From contig CM126220.1 of the NCBI GenBank assembly GCA_052327205.1, positions 52,018,001 through 52,082,000 on the forward strand: a stretch of 64,000 nt of DNA, in the 5' to 3' direction. Both the position numbers and the translations under genes were made by a program. Shown in pieces: positions 11,424 through 24,080 of the stretch. The notes beneath the pieces were generated by a model. The model did no database searches. It was not told the DNA's origin and saw only the letters and a program-made list of their open reading frames with translations. This DNA comes from Somniosus microcephalus (taxonomy: Eukaryota). Every line of letters starts with the position of its first letter. Position 1 is the stretch's first letter.

Positions 11424-12705
11424 GATGTGACATTAAATAAGATTTAAATCTTAACTTAGGCACTACAATCATATTAGAATTGATATGCTGGTATATATTC
11501 ACCTTCTTAAATTAATCTGTGCCATTAATAATTTAACAGGAGCAAACATGAACCCTCCACCAGCAACACAACAACAAACCTTTATGCTTACTTGACCATA
11601 GTGTTTCCTTTGCATTTAGAATGGCCCCAGGTTTTCTCTTACTTCTTTAAAATCTTAGGCAAATGAGCAAAAAAGTATACTCTTGCTACTGTATTTATTA
11701 CCAGCAGATTAATTCAAGAGCTATTGTGTAGCCAAGATTTTCCCACTGCAAATCCTTTAAATGAGAGAAGTTTTCATGCGTATTTAAAAATTGGATCCAG
11801 AAACGTTCTCGGGCCCAAGATTCAAGGCCTAGGGCGACGCAGTTTATAGTGAAGGGTGTCAAAAGAAAATAACAAGTTTAGGCAACACTTTTCAAGTAAG
11901 ATTTTAATAGAAATTGGAACAGATTACTAACAATATGGTGGGACATAAAAAAGGACCGGTTGAATTCCAGTAATTCGAATTAAGTGACTTTAAATAAGAG
12001 TTTGTAAATATGATTTCGGGCCATTAGTTCTAGAATTGCATTTAGGAACCTATTGGGTACTTTGAAAGGATTGGCTGGATGGACCAATGCTCTTTCGCTG
12101 TCCAAAACATTAATATATTACTATGTAGAGAGATGCATCATTGGAGTTGAAGTTTTCAACCCCCTGTAGAAGGACAGTAGCCAGCGGCACCATAGAAATG
12201 CAGCCAGAGGTTTAAAAATAACTGAAGTGCAAATGGTGGTGGGGGGGAGGGGATAAAAAATGTCTTTTTTTTAGCCTTTTACACAATTTAAGCCATTAAA
12301 ATTAAAATAAAAACGGTGCTAAAGCTGTTGCTTGTAATGAGGTTTGTTGTTGTGTTGCTGGGGTAGGGTTCATATTTGCATTGGGCAACAACAGCAGTAA
12401 CCTACATTTATGTAGTGCCTTTAACATAGAAAAACATCCCAAGGCGCTTCAGAGGCGAGACAAAAGGGTGAATGTTTATGACCTGCTTCAAAACTAAGTG
12501 CGGATGTTGAGTCCAAAGTTAGGTCGTGGTGAATAACCACCTATTGCTGGAGCAAGTCACTAGAGAACTACGACAAGAACTACAAGTCTCCCATGCAAAA
12601 TGTCATAATGTAAACAATTGAGAAAAAAGTGGCATGATTTGGGGAGGGAGAATGGAAGAATAAACAAATAATGCAAATCCACTCAATATTTTATATATTT
12701 ATATA

Positions 12706-12967
12706 CAGTAAACTCTTTCTTATCCGGCACCTATGGGACCAGGATGGTGCCGGTTGATGAAAAATTCTGGATAACAGAGAGGTATACCTACCAAGGCAAT
12801 TTTTAACACCAACAAAAATAAAAACCACTGACTAACTCGGCCACCACGGGAGACTCAGACTCGGCAAAACGAGTGCTGGATGGATTCAGCAAGATTACCG
12901 GTTATCTATTTTGCCGGTTATTAAAGTATTCCGGATGATTAAGTGCCATTTAAACAAGAGTTTACTG
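12706..12967. mobile_element. pogo/Tigger-like MITE (T1-related subfamily)
   Basis: TA|CAGTAAACTCTT...AAGAGTTTACTG|TA; subterminal TATCCGGCAC is shared with T1. Confidence 0.8.
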
Positions 12968-13499
12968 TAATGTAAATAACCGAGAGTAAAAGCTTTGTAG
13001 AGGAAAGAACAGTTACTTTCATAAGCAGAAAGCATCTGTTGATCCAGAATTAAAATGTTACCAGATAATAAATAGCATTAGGACCAGAATTGGATGTATA
13101 TTATAAGTGAAGTTAGAATTCTCGATGGGCGCACTATTAATGATGGGACAAGGAGGCATGAAAGGGCCATGTGCTCAGGAAATAGAGGAACAAGTTCAGT
13201 GAAAGGAAGTCTCATGGTGCTTGCGCGGAGACTCGGAAAATATCGAGACTCGCGGTGCAAATAAAGGATCAAAGGATGAGAGGAGAGGCAATCTCGAGGG
13301 GAATTTTAAAAGATGGGAGGCCTGAAATGTTTTTAATGTTTATTATATTGTAACTTTTATTTGTAGTGATACTGAGATGTACTGAGAGACAAGGGAATGA
13401 AGATGTATTTTTTGTCCAATCAGAATGCTTTGCGTCCCACATCAAAAATGTTCCTGATGTGCCAAACGTAAGAATTTAAAAAGAAATAGCTAGCTGATC

Positions 13500-13835
13500 T
13501 CCTGTGGCATTGCTCATGGGTCATCTGGGGCCAGGAGCCTGTTTGCATTTGTTTGTAACCTGGGCCATTCCTTCTCGAGTGCTGCTTATGTACTCCCTTT
13601 GGGGGAGCTGGTCTAAATATTTCATGAGCTCGATCATTGTTGGAACTTTCTCTAAATTGCCAGCCTCTCTGTGGCCACAGCAGGTGCTCCACCTGAAATT
13701 CAACACAATGATTGTTTGGCATCAGGTGCATGAATATTTCTTCTCCTTCCGCCATATCAAAAGTATCCAAAACGTAATGTGTTGCAGAAAATGGGGATGG
13801 AGCATAGACAATGATCCAGTATGTGTATTGTGGCA
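13500..13835 (-). mobile_element. Highly decayed RTE-like LINE relic
   Basis: Across frames: IIVYAP (APE endonuclease-like), LDQLPQRE, and KQMQTG / APGP-DD (the pre-RT KAPGPDG motif). Confidence 0.45.
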
Positions 13836-14734
13836 AAACAAGGTGTGTGCTGCAAAGTGCAAAGCAAATGCCTCTTGACATGCCCTTAACGTGAACCATA
13901 CCTGTTATCCCTAATAGCGGATACTGTAGCTAAAAGTGAAGGGAACAGCCTTAGCTCAGCCCAACTCCCACTAACATGCACTGCTTTATATACTATAATA
14001 ATTGTAACTGTGGTTGCTGAATTTGCATGACTTCTACTTTTCAGGTGCTCTGTGCCAAGCTTATGAATAATATTTCCGAAACCTTAGATTCTGAGGTTAC
14101 TGGGATTTGCACAAAGTGTGCATTTTGTGAGTGACTAATTTATCATGGAGAAGAGGTCTGCTATAAATCATAGACTAATATCTATATGATGATACAGATC
14201 ATGACATATCTACTACATTGCAAAATTGGCCTGTAGTGTTTTGTCAGAGCAGTGTCTTGTGAAATAATATAATTATCAGTGCTAGTTTTATCATTTAATA
14301 TTTACATTGAAGTGCCCCTATCACACTGACATTTATGAATTCTGTTATAACATTAAATAGAAAGTAATGGTTATCTGGATAATTGATAACATTAATTACC
14401 AGGCAATAACTTAATTGGTGGGTTAGTTACAATACCTTAAAACATTGGCGCAGAGCTCAAATTTATACCATCATTTGAAACAGGAAAGGAGATTGCGACC
14501 TTAAAAACAATCCATATTATTGTGTATTGTTCATAATACAGCTTGCCTATATATTAAAAAAAAGCTTGTATATGCTATCACTTCTTGACTACAAATTGTT
14601 GTCATAATTTTTCATCACTTTTCTTTCAACATTTATCATTGTAAATGGGTTTGCCAACATTTTCCATTCACTTTTGATATGCTAACTGTCCCAATGTAGA
14701 TGCAGTATGGCGGCAGTGACAAGGTGGCTCTGTG

Positions 14735-14850
14735 AAAGAAAGAAAGACTTGCATTTATATAGCGCCTTTCACAACCATCGGATGCCCAAAGTGCTTTACA
14801 GCCAATTAAGTACTTTTTGAAGTGTAGTCACTGTTGTAATGTAGGAAACA
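14735..14850 (-). mobile_element. Deu-SINE / L2-type 3' tail
   Basis: aaagaaagacttgcatttatatagcgcctttcac...gtagtcactgttgtaatgtaggaaac. Confidence 0.8.
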
Positions 14851-17809
14851 AGTTTCTGAAGTTTCTCATAACTCCATCGCTATCATTGCTGTGTACATTA
14901 AAAAAAAATTATATTCATCAACTGACTGTAGGCAACAACATGGGTAATTTACTAGCACATAGCGTTCCACTTTTCCACGAGTACAAATTTCTATGTCCCC
15001 CTTTGTTCAAAAAAATGTATTGGACAAAAATGTCTTAAAAAGAAAGAAAGCCAGTTGTTTCCTGTTGGTTTCTTCTGACCTGTAATGAGCAACTAATCGC
15101 AGGAAGGCAAATAGATTTTAAAAGGGCACACCAGATTACCCAGAGCTCTATTTTGACAACAGAATAAATGCATTGTGCATAGCATGGTGTAAAACAGCAT
15201 ATCCTCCAACTTTGAGCAATGCTAAGGAGTAACCTCTAGTGCTGGTTAATTTTTATGCGAGTTACTATTCATTTGGGGAGGGGGAAGTTGTGCAGATTTA
15301 GTGTGCGTTTCATCCATCAGAGTTTAATGACATTGATGCAGTGGTGTTCAGGCAAGTGGCTTAATGCCTGCTACATCAATCCTGCCAATTTATATGCAGA
15401 AGTAATCTGAAGTTGATTTCTGGAAAATTGTATGTTCAGTATACATCAAGTAGACGTCATCAATCATAAATCGTCTGGGAGTGATTAAACAGTCATAATC
15501 TCTTTGTGGGATTTTAAATAACCCCATAAAGCACGAGAGCAAAACTTGAGCAGTCTATTACTGTCTTCTGAACACTAAGGTGAAAAAAAATCTGAAGTGT
15601 ATGATGTACACTCTGAATTTCACGATGCACATTTATTACTTGGTCTTTTTTTTATTCACTTTTTATTGATTTATTTTTATCGAGTGTGATGATGGGCAGT
15701 GACAATCCATTTACTCTATGCAACTGATGTTTGATGACAGCCACATTGAAGGGTTACCAATTGTGGAATGATTGCTGTGATAAACAGTTGATTACTGGGA
15801 AACAGAACTGTCAATATATAAATTGTCTAATTATATCTACAGTACATATACTTCTGACATTACTGGTTAGGGATGCATACATAGAATAACAGAAGTTACA
15901 TTTGTAAATTTAATGAGCTGAAATGCAGTATAACTGTTTTCCAAATGGCAGTAAATATACCATCAACATTCTGAATAGATAAGGATTATTGGATATTGGG
16001 TGCATGTTTCTGCACTGAAGTTGTTGGTTAGTGCATTATGTGTGACTTTAGTGCCCTTGCATATTAAATTTGTTTTCCTACACTTTGGCATTATACCAGC
16101 CTGATTTTATCACTAATTGCATTGTGAAAATGTAACTGAAATGAATCAAATAAAATGCTTTAGTTGAACCATTAGATAAAATGGCAGAGTTGTTTTGATA
16201 ATGAGCAGATGTAGCTAATGCATGGAGATTTGGCCATTTTCAAGTCCCATCTGCTATATGCCTGCCTGGATTTGGCAGTGGGCCACTGCTCAGCAGACAG
16301 ACATAACTTTCTCACAGTCACATCATTTGTCTCTGGTAACGAGACTGCCTGCAGAACCATTATCAGTTTGAGAAAAGAAAAGCCATTTAGTGTAAGTGAA
16401 CATAGTCTTTTGTGTAAATAAGGAGATGATGAAATTGCACAATGCATAGGTAACAGACAGCTGACAGAGGATGTGAAGAGTTTTACAAAGTTGTGAATTA
16501 ATTGAATTTTTTACTAGGAGCACCTAGTAATAGGGGTCAAAGCTAACTTTCAAATTTCAGGGATACCAGGGGAAAATACTTTTTTATTGGTGGAGTAGGG
16601 AATGTTCCTTGAGTGGCAATTTTTATGCATAGTCAATAATTTAGTGTATTCCTTCACTGTAACCATACACTTAGTATTGAATTCGACAGTCTTGTAACAT
16701 AGTGATTAGGTATGCTTGTAGGGCGATGCTGGAACAGCATTTATAAATGCTGCCCTTCCCCCTTTGCTGACCAGGTTTTATTTTATGTTAAAGACTGTCC
16801 TAAACTATCTATTCATTCACCAAAGCAAATTAATCTAAAATAAGAAAAAATCTGCCTCTCTATTGTAGACAAGGAGCTGGGAGAGGGAGATGTAGAAAAG
16901 AGCCAGGGCAGACCACAAAGGATCAAGCATAGCAAAAAAAAATAGAGAAAAACAATGAAGAACAGGAGAAAGAGAGAGAAATGCATTGGAATAAACTGTA
17001 TTGCTTTTATTCTACAAGTATGCATGCCCTACTCCTTGCCCCGCAGTACCTTTAAGGAATTGGTTCAGGTATTTTGTTGAGGTAGTTTATTCATCAGTGC
17101 AGAGTGGTGCTTTATTCTGACGAATAAATAGTCATCACATAATGATTTTGCATTGGCAGAGTATAAAAGTTGGAATGGCCTTGCCGACATAGCACGCTTC
17201 CTGTAGCCATTTGCTCTCAAAGATGTTTCTAATATTCTAACAGAAAAAGCAAAGGAAGAGACTTGACACATGATGGTAGATGAAGTAACTTGCGTATAAA
17301 AATCTACTTCTTGATGTGCTTTCGATACTTGTCATCCTAGTTGTGACCACTGACTTCTTAAAAATAATGAGGTTTTAGCCACCACCTTGTTAAATCGGCT
17401 TCCAACCCCTCCTTCACCCAACACCACAAAATAAATGAATTCCAATACATGAACAGGGCAGAATGCCAAAACTTATCGCCATTGCAGCAAAATGGAATGC
17501 ACATTTATTTTTTGCTGCAGTAATATTTTTCCTAGTTGTGTTCTTTCCAAGCTGACGAATTGCTTTGTTTATAATGCTTCATGGTTGGAAAGTATTTCAC
17601 TGCTTGTTGGTTAACAAGTGGTAGCTTCCAGCTCGATGACACTAGAATAGAACATTATTATGTCATCACGCTTACGCTTGTGTTACAAATCCCAGGATAT
17701 AGTGGACATTATCGGTTCCTCCGAGATTCACCCAAGATGAATTCCAGCAGCAGAATCCTGTTACGTTGGTCCTCCTTCGTGAAGGGGTAAGCAGGATTTC
17801 TCTGATTTA

Positions 17810-18140
17810 AAATAACAACAGAAAACGCTGGAAATACTCAGCAGGCCAGGCAGCATCCGTGGAGAGAGAAACAGAGTTAACGTTTCAGATCTGGGACCCT
17901 TCATCAGAACTAGAAAAAGCTGGAGATGTAACAGATATTAAGCAGGTGCAGAGACGGGGGGGGGGGGCGGGTTTAGGAGGGGAGGAAGGAATTGAAAGAA
18001 CATCCTGTACTTTTGTAAGCGGCAGGAAAGATAAAATGTTGCAAATGGGAGTGGCAAAAATCATACAGCATGAAAAATGGGGGCAGGGATAATGATCTGA
18101 AATTGTTGAACTCGATGTTGGGCACTGGCGGATGATTGAA
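17810..18140 (-). mobile_element. Penelope-like element 3' end / pseudo-LTR
   Basis: Homologous to 25810-26200; ends in the reverse complement of the IEFNNFRS-coding sequence and contains a hammerhead core. Confidence 0.8.
17875..17911 (-). ncRNA. Minimal type I hammerhead ribozyme motif (Penelope-associated)
   Basis: Minus strand AGTT-CTGATGA-A-GGGTC-CCA-GATCT-GAAAC-GTTA-ACT: both catalytic core boxes, a stem II with G-U pairs and a palindromic minimal stem III. Confidence 0.7.
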
Positions 18141-18211
18141 CAGTCAGTCTGGCTCATTGTTGAGACCTAGTAGGCTAGACCTGGGGCTGCGATTCTTCCC
18201 ACTTAGGCTCT

Positions 18212-18475
18212 GTAAAAGATCCCAAGGCACTATTTCGAAGAAGAGCAAGGGAGTTATCCCCGGTGTCCTGGCCAATACTTATCCCTCAACAAACATCACT
18301 GAAACAGATTATCTGGTCATTATCACATTGCTGTTTGTGGGAGCTTGCTGTGCGCAAATTGGCTGCCGCGTTTCCTACATTACAACAGTGACTACACTTC
18401 AAAAGTACTTAATTGGCTGTAAAGCACTTTGGGACGTCCTGAGGTTGTGAAAGGCACTATATAAATGCAAGTCGT
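18212..18475 (+). mobile_element. Deu-domain SINE (SacSINE1-like), 5'-truncated
   Basis: AAAAGATCCCAAGGCACTATTTCGAAGAAGAGCA...GTCCTGGCCAA Deu core plus the L2 tail ...CTATATAAATGCAAGTC. Confidence 0.85.
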
Positions 18476-18529
18476 CTTTTCCAGATAACCCTGCAGGTCA
18501 ATGCTTTAACTATTAGCTTTGTATTAACG

Positions 18530-18571
18530 CACAATGTTTGAAATATATATATATATATTTCAAACATTGTG
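18530..18571. repeat. Perfect 42-bp palindrome with a (TA)n centre
   Basis: CACAATGTTTGAAATATATATATATATATTTCAAACATTGTG equals its own reverse complement. Confidence 0.95.
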
Positions 18572-18739
18572 AGTTTTATATGTATAATATACATTTTTTA
18601 AACTAAAAGCAGGAATCTTACCTGTTCTGTGTTGGTGAGCTGTGCAATTTAACTTGGTTAAACTAAAATAGCTTTGTGCACAGTTGGGGATTCTTTCAAA
18701 TCCACACCTGTTTGCTAAAGTGTTTCCTTATAGGTGATA

Positions 18740-19067
18740 CAGGAAACTTTGATTTATCCGGAGGTTAACTGTCCGGAATGCTCGATCCACCGGCAAAATT
18801 CAGGAGTCGGTTCAGTAAGTTTTTTTTCTTTTCGTTGCTTTTTTTTCACCAGTCAGGCTCTGCAAGGTCTAGCTAAAGCTGTTGCTTAGCTACAGAGACG
18901 CTTGCAAGCTACGGCCGACTGTTTAGAAGCTGTTGCTAACAGGGTTTGTTGCTAGATACGGAGCTCAAAAGCTCCGTATGTTTTAACATTAGCGCTGGTT
19001 TGTCCGGCAGTTTGATGGGACGGCAACAGCTCGGTCCCGTCGGTGCCGGATATCACAAAGTTTCCTG
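18740..19067 (-). mobile_element. pogo/Tigger-like MITE T1
   Basis: TA TSD and CAGGAAACTTTG TIRs; inverted relative to 35886. Confidence 0.88.
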
Positions 19068-19879
19068 TACTGTAGACTGTATCGGGCAAAAAGGAACTAC
19101 TTGGATGGATTTTTCACACGTGGAAACTCTTGAGCATAGTTATGGGTTTTCATACGTGTCGGATACCTAACGGAAAAAAATGATGTTGATCTAGGCTAAT
19201 AGCTGAAGCTAACAATTGCTATAATCAAAGTGTGTTTTCACATCACGCCATTACATATTTTGCTTTTGTATCTTTTAAGAATGGTGCCCATTGACCTACT
19301 AGTTCAGTGCTTTGGAATCGATTTTTACAAATGATTCTGTGATGGCATCCATTGGAAGATTTGTTTCCTCCAACTTTAACCGAGCGGTCATTGATCTTCA
19401 AGATCACGATTACAACATTTTTGAAAAAGATTTCAGAATTACGCATTATATATATTTTTAAACATTAAGCTAAGCATCCCGTACTTTTTTTTTTAAACCA
19501 CTATTAGCCAGGTGCAGGCAGGAATAATAATATGATCCGATATTTGGTAAAAAATATATATTTTTAACCCCTACCACCTGTCTTGGGTAGCCCAGTGGAC
19601 AGATATGTCACAAAAAGTTGTGTACAATCTTCCATTCTCACCACCAAAGGATGGGAAATTATGCAAAAACCTGGTGTCAGTAAGAATAGCATAATCATAT
19701 TCCAAATAGGTTCAAAATCAAGTAAGTGTTTGAGCATTTTATAGATCACTTAAAGTTCCATTTAATAAACTCACATGGTTGACACAGCACAGCTACACTT
19801 CTATAATGCCAGTTTCAAAAATTGAGCCATTATCTTTGTGTATCTTCACATTTATCATCTTGCTTCTCCCTGAAATAAT

Positions 19880-20569
19880 GGCCCCATTATTAACTGGGGC
19901 GAGATTTCCAAGTGGGGGATGGAGGTGTTCTGGTCGGGTGAACAGCGTGGAATTTTAACTCCACAAAGTGCATGTTTTAGTTTTTAGTAGGTGCCCCGCC
20001 TTGAAGTCAGCCTGATAGGGAGCCAAGCCAGTCAGTCAGGCAGGGAACGCTACAGAAGAGTCCACAGCCCAGGAGCAGATAGGCTTCCTGCTCCTTGGGG
20101 TGGAGATCATGAGGTGTGGCAGGTATATAGAGTGCGGTTTGGGGGCTTCAGGGTAAGAGATGGGGAGGTCAGGAGGATTGGTGATCGCGGGGTGGGGGGC
20201 TCCGATCGAGGGAAGGGAAGCAGGTGAGCTTGGGGCGCTGATGTGGGGAAGCACTCCTGCTTCTCCTAACCCACAAGCAGTGCTGGAAGGACACTTGCCT
20301 CTTCCACGCAGCAGTCCTTGCCCCTTTTAGCTGCGGGGTTTCCTGAGGGCAGCGTTAAAGCTGGAAGAGAAATAAAACCTGAGGCATGCAGTCTCATTAA
20401 AATATTCAAATGAGCCAACCGCCTCCTGGGAGTGGGTTGGTTGCCCGCTTCCCCCGTCCCGTCTCCGTTAAAACCGGAAGTGGGCGGGTTCGATGTGGGT
20501 TGGGTTCGGGTTTGTGATTTAAAAAAATTTTAACATCCCAATCCGCTTTTTGGGGTTAAAATTATCCCC
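19880..20569. mobile_element. Harbinger-like MITE (family H4)
   Basis: Imperfect TIR GGCCCCATTATTAAC / GTTAAAATTATCCCC with AAT on both flanks; GC-rich. Confidence 0.7.
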
Positions 20570-23167
20570 AATGTCTTACTGGGGAGGGAGCAGGAAAAGG
20601 GGAGTAGATTGGTATGCAAAAAAAACCAACTAACTCAAAGGGCCAAATGACCTGTCTCAATATTGCAATATTCTATGCTTCTATGATCACAGTTAACCAT
20701 TTTAAAAATACAGGAACTGAAGCAAACTATCCAACGTTTTTTGAACGGATGAGAGCACAGTAAAGCCATTACATTCTGCTGTGTTTAAAGCCATCTTTAT
20801 TTTTTAATTTATATAGTTGAATCAATCCTGCTAATTTTACTCTACAATTTTTGAGTAAATAGGGCTAAACTTAATAATTTATGGGAAAGCAATTTTACAA
20901 TGTCATAGCTCGGTAACCAAGAGCTATTTACATTTGACGAGAGCTTTTAGAAACAGCATTTCCTGGCTTCATACTGTAGAAATAGACGAACTCTCAATCA
21001 AACAAGGGATGAAATGTGATCTCGAAACAAATTACAAGTGGCTTGTATGGAATGTAGAATAACCAAGGATCTTTTCTCTTAATTTTGTGCATGTGCTTCT
21101 GGAAGCTATCCTCGGATGTAAATAGGTTTCAATTTCCTTTGTTACTGTGTGAAATCATTTCTTTCCATCAAATAATCTTTTCCTTCATACTCTTAACAAA
21201 ATAATGCAATGTAGTATAAATTTAATTCAAGTGTGAGAATTAATGTTTTATTTGGTCATGTATTTTCTTTTAATCTTTTAGCATTAAATATCTTCCCATT
21301 GCTTCTAGCGTTGTAGTTACCATAACTTGAGAATGGCTTCACAGATCACAGGGATATAATGCAGATCTAGCCCCTCAGTCTGCTGCCTCACTTTGGGGAG
21401 ATGATGAGCAGAGGGCCAGTGCCTCATGGAAGATGGCCAGAATGGCACTGGTGCAATTCTATCAAGGTTGTTAAGCCCCAGGCAGTGCAAACCTGGCAGA
21501 TGAGAAAAATGGAAGGAAATTTAGAGGGTAATGTACCCTACAGAAAAGGAAACAAAAGGTTTCCTGGACCATGAACCACAAAAAACGTCACCAATCATTA
21601 ATGTCATGATCACTCTGATTACCCTGATAACAGCACGCCTTTGTTGTTTTCAGCTAGGCCATGGCCGTTAATAACACAAGTTTGTAATCTTGCCCTTATT
21701 TTATTATCAACTAAGCACCAAATTGGAAGGGAAAAAGAGCTAACCACAAAGGTAGTTCAGGGCCATGCTGCTTGGTAATAATACTCTATAAACATCTCAA
21801 AAGTGATAACTTCATTTCTGGTTTAAATAGTTAATATTAATGACTACAGTCATAATTCTTCATTAAGCAGACGTTCTTTGGTCCCGTAAGTAACAATATG
21901 GGTAGTCTCTACTGTACTCTGAAGGGTAATTTTGTTTACAACCCTGAATTGATGAGATTGAAATTGCACTTTGAAATTCATCTGCATATCCTCGAATAGT
22001 TGGTGCTTTAAGCAAACAGCAGTTTAGTTGCAATCTGCATATGCAATGATTGAAAAAGCAAATATCTTTATGAAGTATTCCAACATGCTGGTTGTGAACA
22101 ATTGTCTAGGGAGACGTATTTAAGGGGATACCATTAGTTTGAAGGGTCTTGAAAGTATCTTGATTACCCTGCATTTTTCTGTCTATGCCAGATGTCAACT
22201 CCTCTCATGCCTAGTAAAAATGATTATTTATTCAATCTATTTAACCTAAGTGAATCAGTTCAGTTGTATGTTATACCCAAAAGGATTAGGTATTTTTTTC
22301 TGTATTTTGTAGCCAATTATTACAGTGCAGTTCTGAAAATATATTGTCCAACCTCCACAATACTTCAGCTTTATTAAACAGCATCTATATAATGAAAAGT
22401 CTAGAGTCTAGTGCATGTCTGTAGTGTCGGACCTTTCAAAGGCATCACACCTGAAAGTTTGATCTCCGAGTTGTCACAACTCTAAAGCATCACACATCCA
22501 TAGGATGAAAACCCCTGATTTGCTTAAATAATGACATATCTGTTAAATTACCAATCAAATATCTGATTGTGCTACTTTTGATTCATTTATGTTTAATCAA
22601 AGTATCAATGAAAATAGTTTGACCGTGGGCATTGTTTAATCACCGCTGCAGGACAAGTTGATGGAGGTAAAAGTTTAGGAATTATATCAGCAAACACTTT
22701 TTCATGTGAAGAGTGATCAATACCTGGAATGGTCTTGCGGGTAGGGTAGTGAAGGCAAAAACTCGAGTTATTCAGGAAGCAATTAGATGCTGTGATGGGG
22801 GAAACGCAGGTTTCTGTGGAAGAATGAGCTACAGATATGTGTGTTAGTGGGAATAAAAGTGTTCGAGGAGGAGATGCAGTAATTAGATAGGATTATACAA
22901 TATTAGATAATGAAGTAAAAAATGGTGGAACTCAAAGTAGGAAAAGGCATCAGGCCCTAATGGCATGCACCCTAGTATGTTGAGGGAAATCCGAGAAGAA
23001 ATAGCAGAGGCTCTGACCGCTGTCTTTCAAGCATCCTTGGATGTGGAAATTGTGCTAGAGAACTGGAGAGGGGAGAAAGGCATAAACCAAGTAACTTTAG
23101 ACCAGTTAGACTAACATCGATAGTGGGTGAGTTTCTTGAGAGATGGGATAAAATTAATACTCAACTA

Positions 23168-23502
23168 CAGGAAACTTTGTGTTATCCGGAGGCTAAATAT
23201 CCAGCAAGCTCGAGCCACCAGCAAAAATCAGGAGCCGTTTTGTTAGGTTTTTTTTCTTCTCGTGGCTTTTTTTTCCAACAGTCAGACTCTGCAAAGTCTC
23301 TGTAGCTTAGCAACAGCTTCAGAGAGACGCTTCCAAGGTACGGGCCAACTGTTTAGAAGCTGTTGCTAAGCAACAGTGTTTGTTGTCAGATACGGAGAGG
23401 AAAAGCTCCGTATGCTTCAACATTAACGCTGGTGTGTCCGGCAGTTTTGAGGGAACGGCAACAGCTCGGTCCCGTCGGTGCCGGATAGCACAAAGTTTCC
23501 TG
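23168..23502 (-). mobile_element. pogo/Tigger-like MITE T1 inserted in the old CR1
   Basis: TA TSD and CAGGAAACTTTG TIRs; near-colinear reverse complement of 35886-36220. Confidence 0.9.
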
Positions 23503-23894
23503 TAGAAAGACATGAGTTAATTAAGGACATGGATTTTTAAATAGCAAGTCATGTCTGACATTTAATAGAATTCTTTGAGAAAATAACACAGCATATATAT
23601 TAATAAAGGAAATGTTGTGTATGTGGATTTTCAAAAGGTGCCACATAGTTGACAACACTTGTTGATAAAACCATGCATACAGTAGTGAAGGAAATGTGAC
23701 AGCATGGATATGAAGTTGGTTAAAGGAGAGAAAATAAAAAGTAGTGTTTAATGGATTTTTTTTGGATTGGAGGGATGTGAACTGTGGAATCTTCAAGGAT
23801 CAGTGTTGGGCCATTGCTCTGCTCAGTTTCTGGATGAGTATAGGGGCCATAATGTCAACATTTACAGATATTATATAATAGAGCTTGACTGCAC

Positions 23895-24080
23895 CTCATC
23901 AAATAGTGCCATGCAATCTTTTACATCCATCTGAGCAGACAGACAGGGCCTGCTAATGCAGCACTCCCTCAGTTGTGCACCAAAGTGTTAGCCTAGATAA
24001 CGTGTGCAAATTCATAGTGGGACTTGAAACCACAACCTTCTGACTCGGGCAGGAGTGCAAGCACTGAGCCAAACTGACAC
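23895..24080 (-). mobile_element. Deu-SINE tRNA-derived head
   Basis: gcagcactccctcag...cttgaaaccacaaccttctgactc...cactgagccaaactgacac, homologous to 9200-9330. Confidence 0.7.

Noticed and set aside
13420-13899. 159-aa ORF as a nested antisense gene
   Set aside because: No splice or promoter support; better explained as a decayed LINE.
15686-15730. C-box GTGATGA with a downstream CTGA (snoRNA)
   Set aside because: Spacing is too short and there is no terminal stem.
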